A stretch of DNA of 64,000 nt from a virus. Of the stretch, positions 9,209-16,858 are shown one piece after another. The DNA is taken from IMG/VR virus record IMGVR_UViG_3300025009_000004, positions 53,662 through 117,661 of that record. The stretch is one strand, 5' to 3'. Made by a program: the position numbers and the translations under genes. The notes beneath the pieces were generated by a model that was given only the letters and a program-made list of their open reading frames with translations, was not told where the DNA came from and ran no database searches. Each line of letters opens with the position of its first letter. The stretch's first letter is position 1.

Positions 9209-9724
9209 ATGGATATCAGAAAAAAAATAGATTGCCTTGGAACTAAATCAACAGAACACAACGATACTATCTGGGGTAACGAAATGATTCTCAAATTGAC
9301 TGGTGAATCTAATATAGAAATCAAAATATTAGATAGCAAAGATGGACCTTTATCAATACAGAGCCATCCAAACAGTTGGGAGATATGGAAGATATTAGAC
9401 ATTGAACCTGGGGCATTTATAATAGGTGGATTAAAAGAAGAATATACCCGAACTACTAATGAGTTTTACGCTCATCAAAATAAAACTATTGTACCATTTT
9501 GCAATATTATCTTTCCTAAAGTTGGAGATACTTATTTAATCCCAAAAGGCTTAATTCATGCTTTAGGAAAGGGAATAGTAGCATTAGAAATTAAACCATC
9601 TGTTAATAATAAAACAATTCGCATATACGATTGGGATAGAGCTAGAGAACAACAATCTCTTAAACTTGGGATAAAATGGTATGATGTATGTAATCAAAAT
9701 GAGAAGATAATTCAGTTAAATTAA
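9209..9724 (+). CDS. manA: Miniature type I mannose-6-phosphate isomerase (cupin)
   Basis: IWG, LSIQSHP..WEIW, GDTYLIPKGLIHALGKG and RIYDWDR motifs; ATG 9209 after AAGGAG. Confidence 0.8.
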   Translation: MDIRKKIDCLGTKSTEHNDTIWGNEMILKLTGESNIEIKILDSKDGPLSIQSHPNSWEIWKILDIEPGAFIIGGLKEEYTRTTNEFYAHQNKTIVPFCNIIFPKVGDTYLIPKGLIHALGKGIVALEIKPSVNNKTIRIYDWDRAREQQSLKLGIKWYDVCNQNEKIIQLN

Positions 9725-10494
9725 CGAAACTTTTCTACATTAATTTCAAAATCATCAGTAGTTCTGTTAAATTTAACATGTATTAGCTTCTGGCCATTTG
9801 ATAGCGGTTTAAAATATGCCTTCGCGGCGTATCCGCAATCAGATGCCAGAGCAGACCAACCGCAAACATAATATTGTATTTTTTGAACTAATTGATATTT
9901 TTTATTTAAATAATATATTGGCATTTCAGAATCAGCAACATCATGAGTATGACCAGAGATGATTAAATCCGCGCCTGGACTACGGAAATGCATCGCCTGT
10001 AAGCGATTTATTTTGCTGCCCGCCGTCCCGCCGCCCCCCGCGCCATGCCCAGCATAGCCCTCCATCACATTACCATGTTTACATTGCAGTGCGAAATGAT
10101 ACTCTGGGCCATAGTAATCTACGCCAACATCGCCACAGAGAACTTCCATTAAGTCAAGCGTAGTAGCCTTCTCAACGCGGTTCGAATGATTGCCAGATAA
10201 CATAAATAAAGTCTTATCTTTAACGCGACTCAACAATCCTTTAACTATTTTATATTGGTCGCTCATCATATATTTTTGTTCATGAACAGAGCCTTTACTC
10301 CCATAGATCGCGCACTCAAGTAAATCGCCAAGGCCAATAAGATAATAGTTATTTTTACTTTCTACAAGTTTAATAAATCTTTGAATTAAATCTAATTTTG
10401 AAGCAGGAGAGCCAACATGCCAATCTGAGCCAACAGCTATGGTAAATTCATTGGTGTTAAACTTAAACTTTCTGCCATCTTTTACAAACTTCAT
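9721..10494 (-). CDS. Calcineurin-like metallophosphoesterase
   Basis: SDWHVG, LGDL, SGNH, HG and SGHTH motifs. Confidence 0.88.
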   Translation of the reverse strand: MKFVKDGRKFKFNTNEFTIAVGSDWHVGSPASKLDLIQRFIKLVESKNNYYLIGLGDLLECAIYGSKGSVHEQKYMMSDQYKIVKGLLSRVKDKTLFMLSGNHSNRVEKATTLDLMEVLCGDVGVDYYGPEYHFALQCKHGNVMEGYAGHGAGGGGTAGSKINRLQAMHFRSPGADLIISGHTHDVADSEMPIYYLNKKYQLVQKIQYYVCGWSALASDCGYAAKAYFKPLSNGQKLIHVKFNRTTDDFEINVEKFR

Positions 10495-10886
10495 GCCCGT
10501 TTACGCCCCTTTTTTAATTTAATCTTAGCCTCTACATCTGCTGCTTTAATCAAGCAATCATCAATCATCATAGCATTTGTTTTCCTTTTACTTTTCTTTT
10601 CTGCCAATGCTTTTGATAATATATCATTTGATTGTTCTATTTTGGTTTCTATTATCGCATCAACAGTGCGAGATTGATCTTCCTGCTCTTTTTCAAACTT
10701 CTTTATTCTCTTTTCGATATCAGCGTCTGTGCTTAAGTAAAAATCTCTGGTATCGTCTGGCTCTAATCCTTGTTTGCAATATCTGCATATTCTTTCTTTA
10801 TAATCTTCAAAAAAATATCTGTGTTGTTCGAATGATCTTCCGCATTTAAGACAGCTTAAGAATTTTGGGATAATTACATCTGTCAT
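10491..10886 (-). CDS. Zinc-finger hypothetical protein
   Basis: CLKC...CRYC, followed by a charged helical tail. Confidence 0.6.
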   Translation of the reverse strand: MTDVIIPKFLSCLKCGRSFEQHRYFFEDYKERICRYCKQGLEPDDTRDFYLSTDADIEKRIKKFEKEQEDQSRTVDAIIETKIEQSNDILSKALAEKKSKRKTNAMMIDDCLIKAADVEAKIKLKKGRKRA

Positions 10887-10905
10887 ATGGTCGCCCCTTT
10901 ACGGT

Positions 10906-11403
10906 TTATTTAGCCGATAACCCTATTGATTCTACTACCTTTTGATATATGTCAATTAATTCGTTTTTACTTCCCTTTTGAATAAATGATACTTGTCCTA
11001 TAAACTCTGGTAATATATATTTCTGCCAATGTTTCATTGCTGAATATACAATGACAGGAACATCTTTCTTGATAAGTATCTTAATTAAATCATTGATATT
11101 GCCGCCCATTACACCGAAATCAATGTCTAATACTGCTATACCAACTATATGATGAAATCCTCCATTTAACCTTGTTATTACCGACATTGCACTGTTAATA
11201 TTCTCAGATAATATAAAGTTATTTAAACCATGACTCTGCATAAACACAGACATCAGCGATAATACAGCAGGATTATCATCAGCGAACAATACATACTTAC
11301 GCGATGAATCAATATTAACAAGTTGTTCTGCTAAATTACGATCTGCGTTATCGTTTAATGTTTGTATTAATCTCTTTGTTTCAGATGTCATGATGTCCTC
11401 CAT
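10906..11403 (-). CDS. Stand-alone response-regulator receiver (CheY-like) protein
   Basis: LFADDN acidic pocket, AVLDID phosphoacceptor Asp, VIVYSA Ser, FIQKG Lys. Confidence 0.82.
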   Translation of the reverse strand: MEDIMTSETKRLIQTLNDNADRNLAEQLVNIDSSRKYVLFADDNPAVLSLMSVFMQSHGLNNFILSENINSAMSVITRLNGGFHHIVGIAVLDIDFGVMGGNINDLIKILIKKDVPVIVYSAMKHWQKYILPEFIGQVSFIQKGSKNELIDIYQKVVESIGLSAK

Positions 11404-11405
11404 TA

Positions 11406-11750
11406 TTAATCTTTTAAACCACAGCGACTTGTTGCTTGTTTAATTTCTGCTACTGCTGTATTCATCGTTTTAAACTCTGATAAAGCCTGTAACATACTTT
11501 GATTATTCAACTGTATCGTGCTATTTAATGTGCTTATTGTTTGAGTAAGCGCCTGGATTGCAGTGTCGCTATTCTTTTCGTTATCAGAAATAATCTGTTC
11601 TAATTTAGTAACATGTTCAAAGTGTTTTTCTATGAATATTTTGAATACCTGAAATGCAGAATAAAGCAGATACATGATAAATACGAAACTTATCGCTGTT
11701 CCTGCCTTAGAGCCGTATTCAATAAATGGTGCAAACTGTTCTGGAGCCAT
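11406..11750 (-). CDS. Putative holin-like membrane protein
   Basis: One TM helix followed by a coiled coil; located in the lysis region. Confidence 0.5.
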   Translation of the reverse strand: MAPEQFAPFIEYGSKAGTAISFVFIMYLLYSAFQVFKIFIEKHFEHVTKLEQIISDNEKNSDTAIQALTQTISTLNSTIQLNNQSMLQALSEFKTMNTAVAEIKQATSRCGLKD

Positions 11751-11809
11751 TGCTAATTCCTTTACTTTAAATTCTGCGAAACCATTCTACTGCAATTCTA
11801 ATTATAACA

Positions 11810-12133
11810 TCATTTGGTGATTGAGTCAACTATGTTTGTCTGTTTTATTTGCACATTGTTCAAATGATATTTCTGCACATGGTCATTTCTAACATCATCA
11901 ACTACAGATAACATCACTAAAAATATAACTACCATAGCAAACATACAGAGCATAAACTCCATGTATAACGAGTCTTTCTTAGGCTCTGAGACGGGAATAT
12001 ATTCGACTAATATTATATCAGGCTCTGGCTGTTTAATTTCTTCTGTTATGCTTTTTTGTTTATTTTTATTCTTCCAAAATTTCATTGAGGAAGTTTCATA
12101 TCTGAATTTATCTAATAATTGACGCATTTTCAT
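11810..12133 (-). CDS. Single-TM membrane protein
   Basis: Hydrophobic FMLCMFAMVVIFLVMLSVV segment. Confidence 0.55.
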   Translation of the reverse strand: MKMRQLLDKFRYETSSMKFWKNKNKQKSITEEIKQPEPDIILVEYIPVSEPKKDSLYMEFMLCMFAMVVIFLVMLSVVDDVRNDHVQKYHLNNVQIKQTNIVDSITK

Positions 12134-12157
12134 TTCTTCTTTTTCCCCTTTTCATCT

Positions 12158-12385
12158 CTAATTCGTTGTTTCTAAGATTTGATTTACTAAATTTTTATTG
12201 TTTGCCATAGATATAAATAAATTAGTTAGACCTCCAACAATGGCTTCTTCGTGTTCGAGCGGGAGCAATCCTTTGATTTGGTGTTCACACAATACTCCTC
12301 TCATCATCGCACTTGTTATAATAGAACAAACATCTTCTCTTTCACAATTCTTAGATATAGAAATTTCTTTTTTGATGAATCCGCA
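12158..12385 (-). pseudogene. Start-less reading frame (-1 frame of the upstream ORF), 3' half of a degenerate phage metallopeptidase-like gene
   Basis: Reads CGFIKKEISISKNCEREDVCSIITSAMMRGVLCEHQ...HEEAIVGGLTNLFISMANNKNLVNQILETTN*. An in-frame TGA lies just upstream and there is no start codon at its 5' end. Confidence 0.45.
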
Positions 12386-12813
12386 TCTTGAAAAACTACT
12401 ATAAATCTTGTTGTATCAAGAGCAACTGCATTACAATAACTCGTTGCCGCCGCATTGAACACATTCTCCGCGCCATTTGGGCTTATGTTGACCGATAACG
12501 CCTGATTGTAAGCCTTCATCGTGCCGCTTTCGTTTATCAAAGACACGACCTGCCCCGCCGTAAGAGCCTCGCCTGCCGTTACCGTAATTGTCTGATTTAC
12601 GCTTGCCGCCGGTATCGCCGCTATTGCATTTTCAACGGTAGAATTAACCTCTGCTTTGGTATAAACATCAGCACTCTTAGCATAACTTTCCCTAACTTGA
12701 CCATCGCTTATCTTATTTTGTGCATATCCATTAGTATATATTCCCATAATTAATACACCAATGGTAAACAAATACACTATTGCCTTAGGCGGCTTCATCA
12801 TAATTGCACACAT
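12316..12813 (-). CDS. Signal-peptide-bearing tail-fibre-like protein, apparently truncated
   Basis: KPPKAIVYLFTIGVLIMGIYTNGYA|QN signal; DVYTKAEV; TAGEALTAGQVV; a single propeller-like blade, then an abrupt end. Confidence 0.6.
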   Translation of the reverse strand: MCAIMMKPPKAIVYLFTIGVLIMGIYTNGYAQNKISDGQVRESYAKSADVYTKAEVNSTVENAIAAIPAASVNQTITVTAGEALTAGQVVSLINESGTMKAYNQALSVNISPNGAENVFNAAATSYCNAVALDTTRFIVVFQDADSSKKKFLYLRIVKEKMFVLL

Positions 12814-12860
12814 CCTTTAAATAATCTCGATACAATATCCCGATCATTATTTCAATTAAT

Positions 12861-13178
12861 TTAATCATTTATTTTCTTCCTTTTTCTTTTAATAACTCTA
12901 TAGCCAATATATATTCCAGCATAAATCATTAGCCATGCTATCATGTGAGCGATCATAAAATAGAACATAGCATAATCATTAGTTTGTATATTAACGAACA
13001 ATGGCATTATCTTAGCCACCATCATTGCTACAAAAGGAGGTAGTCCTATTTTGTCCATTAAGGTTTCAGGGAATGTTAAGATAAGATATGGCCATTTTAA
13101 GGTAGCGCACCAAGACATCGCTATATAATATTCGGCATAACCATGTCCTTTGTTGGATTTGCTATTTTGTATTTTCAT
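12861..13178 (-). CDS. Small multi-TM membrane protein starting MKIQNSKSNKGHGY
   Basis: ATG 13178 preceded by AGGAGA; 2-3 hydrophobic segments and a basic C-terminus. Confidence 0.65.
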   Translation of the reverse strand: MKIQNSKSNKGHGYAEYYIAMSWCATLKWPYLILTFPETLMDKIGLPPFVAMMVAKIMPLFVNIQTNDYAMFYFMIAHMIAWLMIYAGIYIGYRVIKRKRKKIND

Positions 13179-13461
13179 TGTTATTCTCCTCTGTTCTCTT
13201 CTTCCATTCTCTTTCGAGTTTCCAATATTCATAACGCTCACATGCCATGAATGTTAATACGATAAAACAATCTAATCCGAATACGAGCGCCCATGTATTA
13301 TATTCTAATGGAATGCCGATTAATCTTATAGCAACAATCACTGAGAATGAAAATCCAGAAAGCAATGTTATCAAACCAATAAAGGTCAGATAAGCAAGCC
13401 AATCTGGGAAAACAATACCATAACCGTGTCCTTTATTGTTGTTTGACTTTTGTATCTTCAT
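13162..13461 (-). CDS. Two-TM membrane protein starting MKIQKSNNNKGHGY
   Basis: Two hydrophobic helices and a charged tail; directly downstream of the endolysin. Confidence 0.65.
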   Translation of the reverse strand: MKIQKSNNNKGHGYGIVFPDWLAYLTFIGLITLLSGFSFSVIVAIRLIGIPLEYNTWALVFGLDCFIVLTFMACERYEYWKLEREWKKRTEENNNENTK

Positions 13462-13468
13462 AATGGCC

Positions 13469-14059
13469 TCACAGTAATTTATTCACTTCTTTTATAAATG
13501 GATTATTACTACCATCAATAAACGGGCATCCAGGCTTACCAAAATCTGTATGCGTGTTAATTATTTTAACAGGGTGCTTTGACTTAAGATATAGCACTAG
13601 CAATTTACCTGATATTTCCTGTTCTGGTGTAAAATGTTCTCTATTAGTGCTACCCGCAAATTCAACGCCTATGCTATTCTTATTTCCATTAGTGCCGGCA
13701 TGATATGCCACTGCATCGTCAGGAACGAGTTGATGAATATCGCCATTAAAATTAACAAAATAATGAGCAGATGATTTGCCATGCTCTCTTGATGATGTAA
13801 ACCAATTGCATATACTCGACAATGCCTTAACGTCGCCAAAATTATCAGGAACGCCCTGAGAATGGAATACTATCTTGTCTATATTAAGATTAGTTCCTCT
13901 TGCACGAGCATTGCCCGCTTTTATAACTTTATCTCCTAAATCTGATTTAATAACTAACTCCACTTTAGGTTTATCATCTATCTTTAACACAGGAGTCACC
14001 GCCTTTTTCAATGTAATCGTATCTATAACTATATCGTTATTGCAATGTGGACATTTCAT
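13469..14059 (-). CDS. Endolysin, N-acetylmuramoyl-L-alanine amidase (Amidase_2)
   Basis: IVFHS, SSAHYFV, AYHAG, NSIGVEF and HTD..KPGCP motifs. Confidence 0.9.
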   Translation of the reverse strand: MKCPHCNNDIVIDTITLKKAVTPVLKIDDKPKVELVIKSDLGDKVIKAGNARARGTNLNIDKIVFHSQGVPDNFGDVKALSSICNWFTSSREHGKSSAHYFVNFNGDIHQLVPDDAVAYHAGTNGNKNSIGVEFAGSTNREHFTPEQEISGKLLVLYLKSKHPVKIINTHTDFGKPGCPFIDGSNNPFIKEVNKLL

Positions 14060-14080
14060 AATGTGTCACCTATTATAACT

Positions 14081-14560
14081 TTATTTCTGCCATGTATCAA
14101 TAACATCCCAATGCTTGTAATCACTCTTATACTCTGCCATTGATTCTGGCGTTAATGCGTTTACAAAGATATTTGATTGTATGTATTGTTTACCTCTATC
14201 AGATATTATCATAATGTAGTGCCAATTACCAATCTCGCCATTATATAAGAATATCTCTTCAACGCTATCAGCACACTTCTTATATCGAATAAATTCTGAT
14301 ATTAGCCGCATTGCATCGCTACAATTATACATTTTTCTGGCTAATACCTGTGATGGCCTTGCGAATGTATCTAAACGATGAATGGGCAATACATTCATAC
14401 CGTCGGGTTTATACTTAAAGCCATATGTTTGTAGATATAAAGCTAATTCAAAATAGTTACTAAACTTATCGTAGAATGCTTTAACTTCTGCGTCTGTCCA
14501 TTCAGGATAGATAAAATTCCAAAATGTATTAACTATCCAGAGCATTATCTTCTTAACCAT
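14081..14560 (-). CDS. Transglutaminase-like (BTLCP/LapG-like) cysteine protease
   Basis: FKYKPD...DTFARPSQVL...NCSDA...WHYIMII, a Cys-His arrangement. Confidence 0.55.
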   Translation of the reverse strand: MVKKIMLWIVNTFWNFIYPEWTDAEVKAFYDKFSNYFELALYLQTYGFKYKPDGMNVLPIHRLDTFARPSQVLARKMYNCSDAMRLISEFIRYKKCADSVEEIFLYNGEIGNWHYIMIISDRGKQYIQSNIFVNALTPESMAEYKSDYKHWDVIDTWQK

Positions 14561-14840
14561 TATCATCGTCCTTATTCTTGTATTCAAATTTAAATTCATG
14601 CTTAATTTGCGTTGTATCAACAGGATAAAGCATTGTCTGTCTGCCACTATCTCCTATTTCGACCTCAGCGCCGATATAAACTCCTGTACCGCTATGATAA
14701 AACTTACCAACTCGAACTGTTGCATTTTCTGCCTTATACACTGTTATAGATGGCGTTGCTATATAATTGCCCTTGCCATCAACCGTAGCTTTCTTACGAG
14801 CGATTGCTAACGCCTCTTTTAAGATAGCGTTAGCAGCCAC
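14553..14840 (-). CDS. Hypothetical protein
   Basis: Packed ORF in the lysis region. Confidence 0.5.
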   Translation of the reverse strand: MAANAILKEALAIARKKATVDGKGNYIATPSITVYKAENATVRVGKFYHSGTGVYIGAEVEIGDSGRQTMLYPVDTTQIKHEFKFEYKNKDDDNG

Positions 14841-14862
14841 TGTTAGATAATGATTATATAGT

Positions 14863-15396
14863 TCAAAGTGCCACCTTAGCGACTTTAAGTTTAATCTGAT
14901 TTTCTATTTCAGCTTCAATATCATAGCCAGTTACTTTAGCTAAATCTTTAGTTGAATTAGTAACTTTAGGGATTGCTATTGTCATTGCCTCTGCTTTAAG
15001 TTCATCTAAATTAGTTATAACAATAGAACCATCGGATTTACGTTCAACCTTAGCCTTACCAGCAATACCAAGTAAATCATCTGTGCAAGTGTTAAGTATT
15101 ACTGTAAGCTCAACAAGGCGCTTTGCAATGCGTTCATTCTTTATTTTTTTAGACTGCTCTGCTAAATACTCCCATAACGCATCAAACATCGAATCACCTT
15201 TACGCGATATAATAGGGATAACAACTTTAGCAAGCCATGATAATGCTAGTAAAGCAATCGACATAGCACCTTTAAGCAATGTATCTGTCCATGTAGCAGT
15301 TGTTGCTGTTACATCGGCCGATGCTACTGTAGCTGCAAATGCAATGCCCATAAAGATTAAAGTGAATAAGATCGATAAAGATATGATTTTTTTCAT
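14863..15396 (-). CDS. Holin-like membrane protein with N-terminal signal peptide
   Basis: MKKIISLSILFTLIFMGIAFA|A signal, second TM helix, C-terminal IEAEIE...VAKV as in LL-H-type holins; GGAGG RBS. Confidence 0.5.
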   Translation of the reverse strand: MKKIISLSILFTLIFMGIAFAATVASADVTATTATWTDTLLKGAMSIALLALSWLAKVVIPIISRKGDSMFDALWEYLAEQSKKIKNERIAKRLVELTVILNTCTDDLLGIAGKAKVERKSDGSIVITNLDELKAEAMTIAIPKVTNSTKDLAKVTGYDIEAEIENQIKLKVAKVAL

Positions 15397-15427
15397 AAAG
15401 TTTCCTCCTAATATTTATACTGAATTT

Positions 15428-15456
15428 ATAATAGCATTTATTTTATGGAATGTCAA
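15428..15456 (-). promoter_or_regulatory. Sigma70-type promoter for the lysis region
   Basis: TTGACA-17 bp-TATTAT with TG extension. Confidence 0.75.
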
Positions 15457-15479
15457 ATGGAGAACATGCCTGCCTATTA

Positions 15480-15536
15480 TTAATTATTCAAAATATGCTC
15501 TGCCACATTTGCTAATATTAATGATAGTTTTTCCAT
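15480..15536 (-). CDS. 18-aa mini ORF MEKLSLILANVAEHILNN
   Basis: AAGGAGA RBS well spaced before the ATG. Confidence 0.35.
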   Translation of the reverse strand: MEKLSLILANVAEHILNN

Positions 15537-15560
15537 GTGATTTCTCCTTTATTTATATGC

Positions 15561-16841
15561 CTATTTTATGCCGTAGAGAGTAAAAGTTCCGGTAAAATTA
15601 GCGCCTCCGTTAAAAATAGTTATTGATGATATGGCGTTAGTGCTTTTCCATACACCGCCGCCAGTTGTTGAATACCCGGCGCCCGTTCCAGAATCGACGC
15701 CAATGGCATTGAAAAGAACGCCGTGATATGTTGTCGTTATATTGCTGATTGTTATTTCAATTGCATTATATTCCCGCGAGTCTTTTCCTATTTTCATTTG
15801 AGCTTCATTTGTATTAATTGACGCCCCGACTGTGCTACCGCTTGTATAAACACCATTATTACTATAATTATTGCCCGTATCACCATTAAATCGCAAAAGC
15901 GTATCAGCATCACTACACCCAAAGAGTGCAACCACTTTATAACTGTTATAGTCCGTTGAAAACCCCGTGCTAAATGTTAAAGTCGAGGCGTCGTTGGTTC
16001 TGGTTATAGTTTCGATTTTTACTAAATCCTGGCTTGCCGCCGGAAAATCATAATATCCAGAAGTGCCGCCGCTATTCGTTCCATAGTATTTTGAATTGCC
16101 TATGGTGGCTGGATTGATTTTAGTTACTTGTGTTTCAAGCGTGTCAAAACGATTACTATGTGCTGATGAGCTTTCATTATGCACCAGCACTTCTTCCGAG
16201 GTTACCGCGTTTGCTTCAGCCTTAGTGTATCTATCATCTAAATCATCCTGTAAATATCCATCAGTAGTTAATACATTAGTCGATTGTATTACCGCCATCA
16301 AGGGCAATGTTTCATAATATGACACTCGTACATCACTTGTTTCATCAACGTCATATGTCATTGTCACTCTTAGCTTATCTGTGCCAGAATCATCCCATGT
16401 GCTAAGTGCATAGTGTGTAGTTTCATATTGCAATAAGCCGTTCTGTGTAACTCCAACAGTACCACTTATAATAATAGATGATGTAGCATCGTAATCAAAT
16501 ATTCTATAATATCCACTTGCAGCATCACCTTGAGACCTCGCAGTATATTCAAGATTTAAAACACATTCAACAGTAGCGCCAGAACTTGAACTTGATGCAT
16601 AATATCCATATCCTGTTGCTGTTTTATATCCCCATGCTGTGCTATCATCGGGTAATGCCAATGGATTGATCTGGTCAAGGAGTATCTCCGCACTTAATCC
16701 ACTTGCATAATCATAAAATGTATTTGGTTTAATTGCCGATCCTTTTATATAGGTTGGTTCTGCGTTAATAGGGCATATCATGCCGAATAATATACTAATT
16801 AAAAGAATATACCCTATTAAAAATTTAGTTATTGTCTTCAT
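15561..16841 (-). CDS. Signal-peptide-bearing tail-fibre-like protein
   Basis: MKTITKFLIGYILLISILFGMICPINA|E; RYTKAE; HNESSSAH; C-terminal fibre domain (LRFNGDTGNNY...AISSITIF...GTFTLYGIK). Confidence 0.7.
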   Translation of the reverse strand: MKTITKFLIGYILLISILFGMICPINAEPTYIKGSAIKPNTFYDYASGLSAEILLDQINPLALPDDSTAWGYKTATGYGYYASSSSSGATVECVLNLEYTARSQGDAASGYYRIFDYDATSSIIISGTVGVTQNGLLQYETTHYALSTWDDSGTDKLRVTMTYDVDETSDVRVSYYETLPLMAVIQSTNVLTTDGYLQDDLDDRYTKAEANAVTSEEVLVHNESSSAHSNRFDTLETQVTKINPATIGNSKYYGTNSGGTSGYYDFPAASQDLVKIETITRTNDASTLTFSTGFSTDYNSYKVVALFGCSDADTLLRFNGDTGNNYSNNGVYTSGSTVGASINTNEAQMKIGKDSREYNAIEITISNITTTYHGVLFNAIGVDSGTGAGYSTTGGGVWKSTNAISSITIFNGGANFTGTFTLYGIK

Positions 16842-16858
16842 TTCAATACTCCTTTAAA

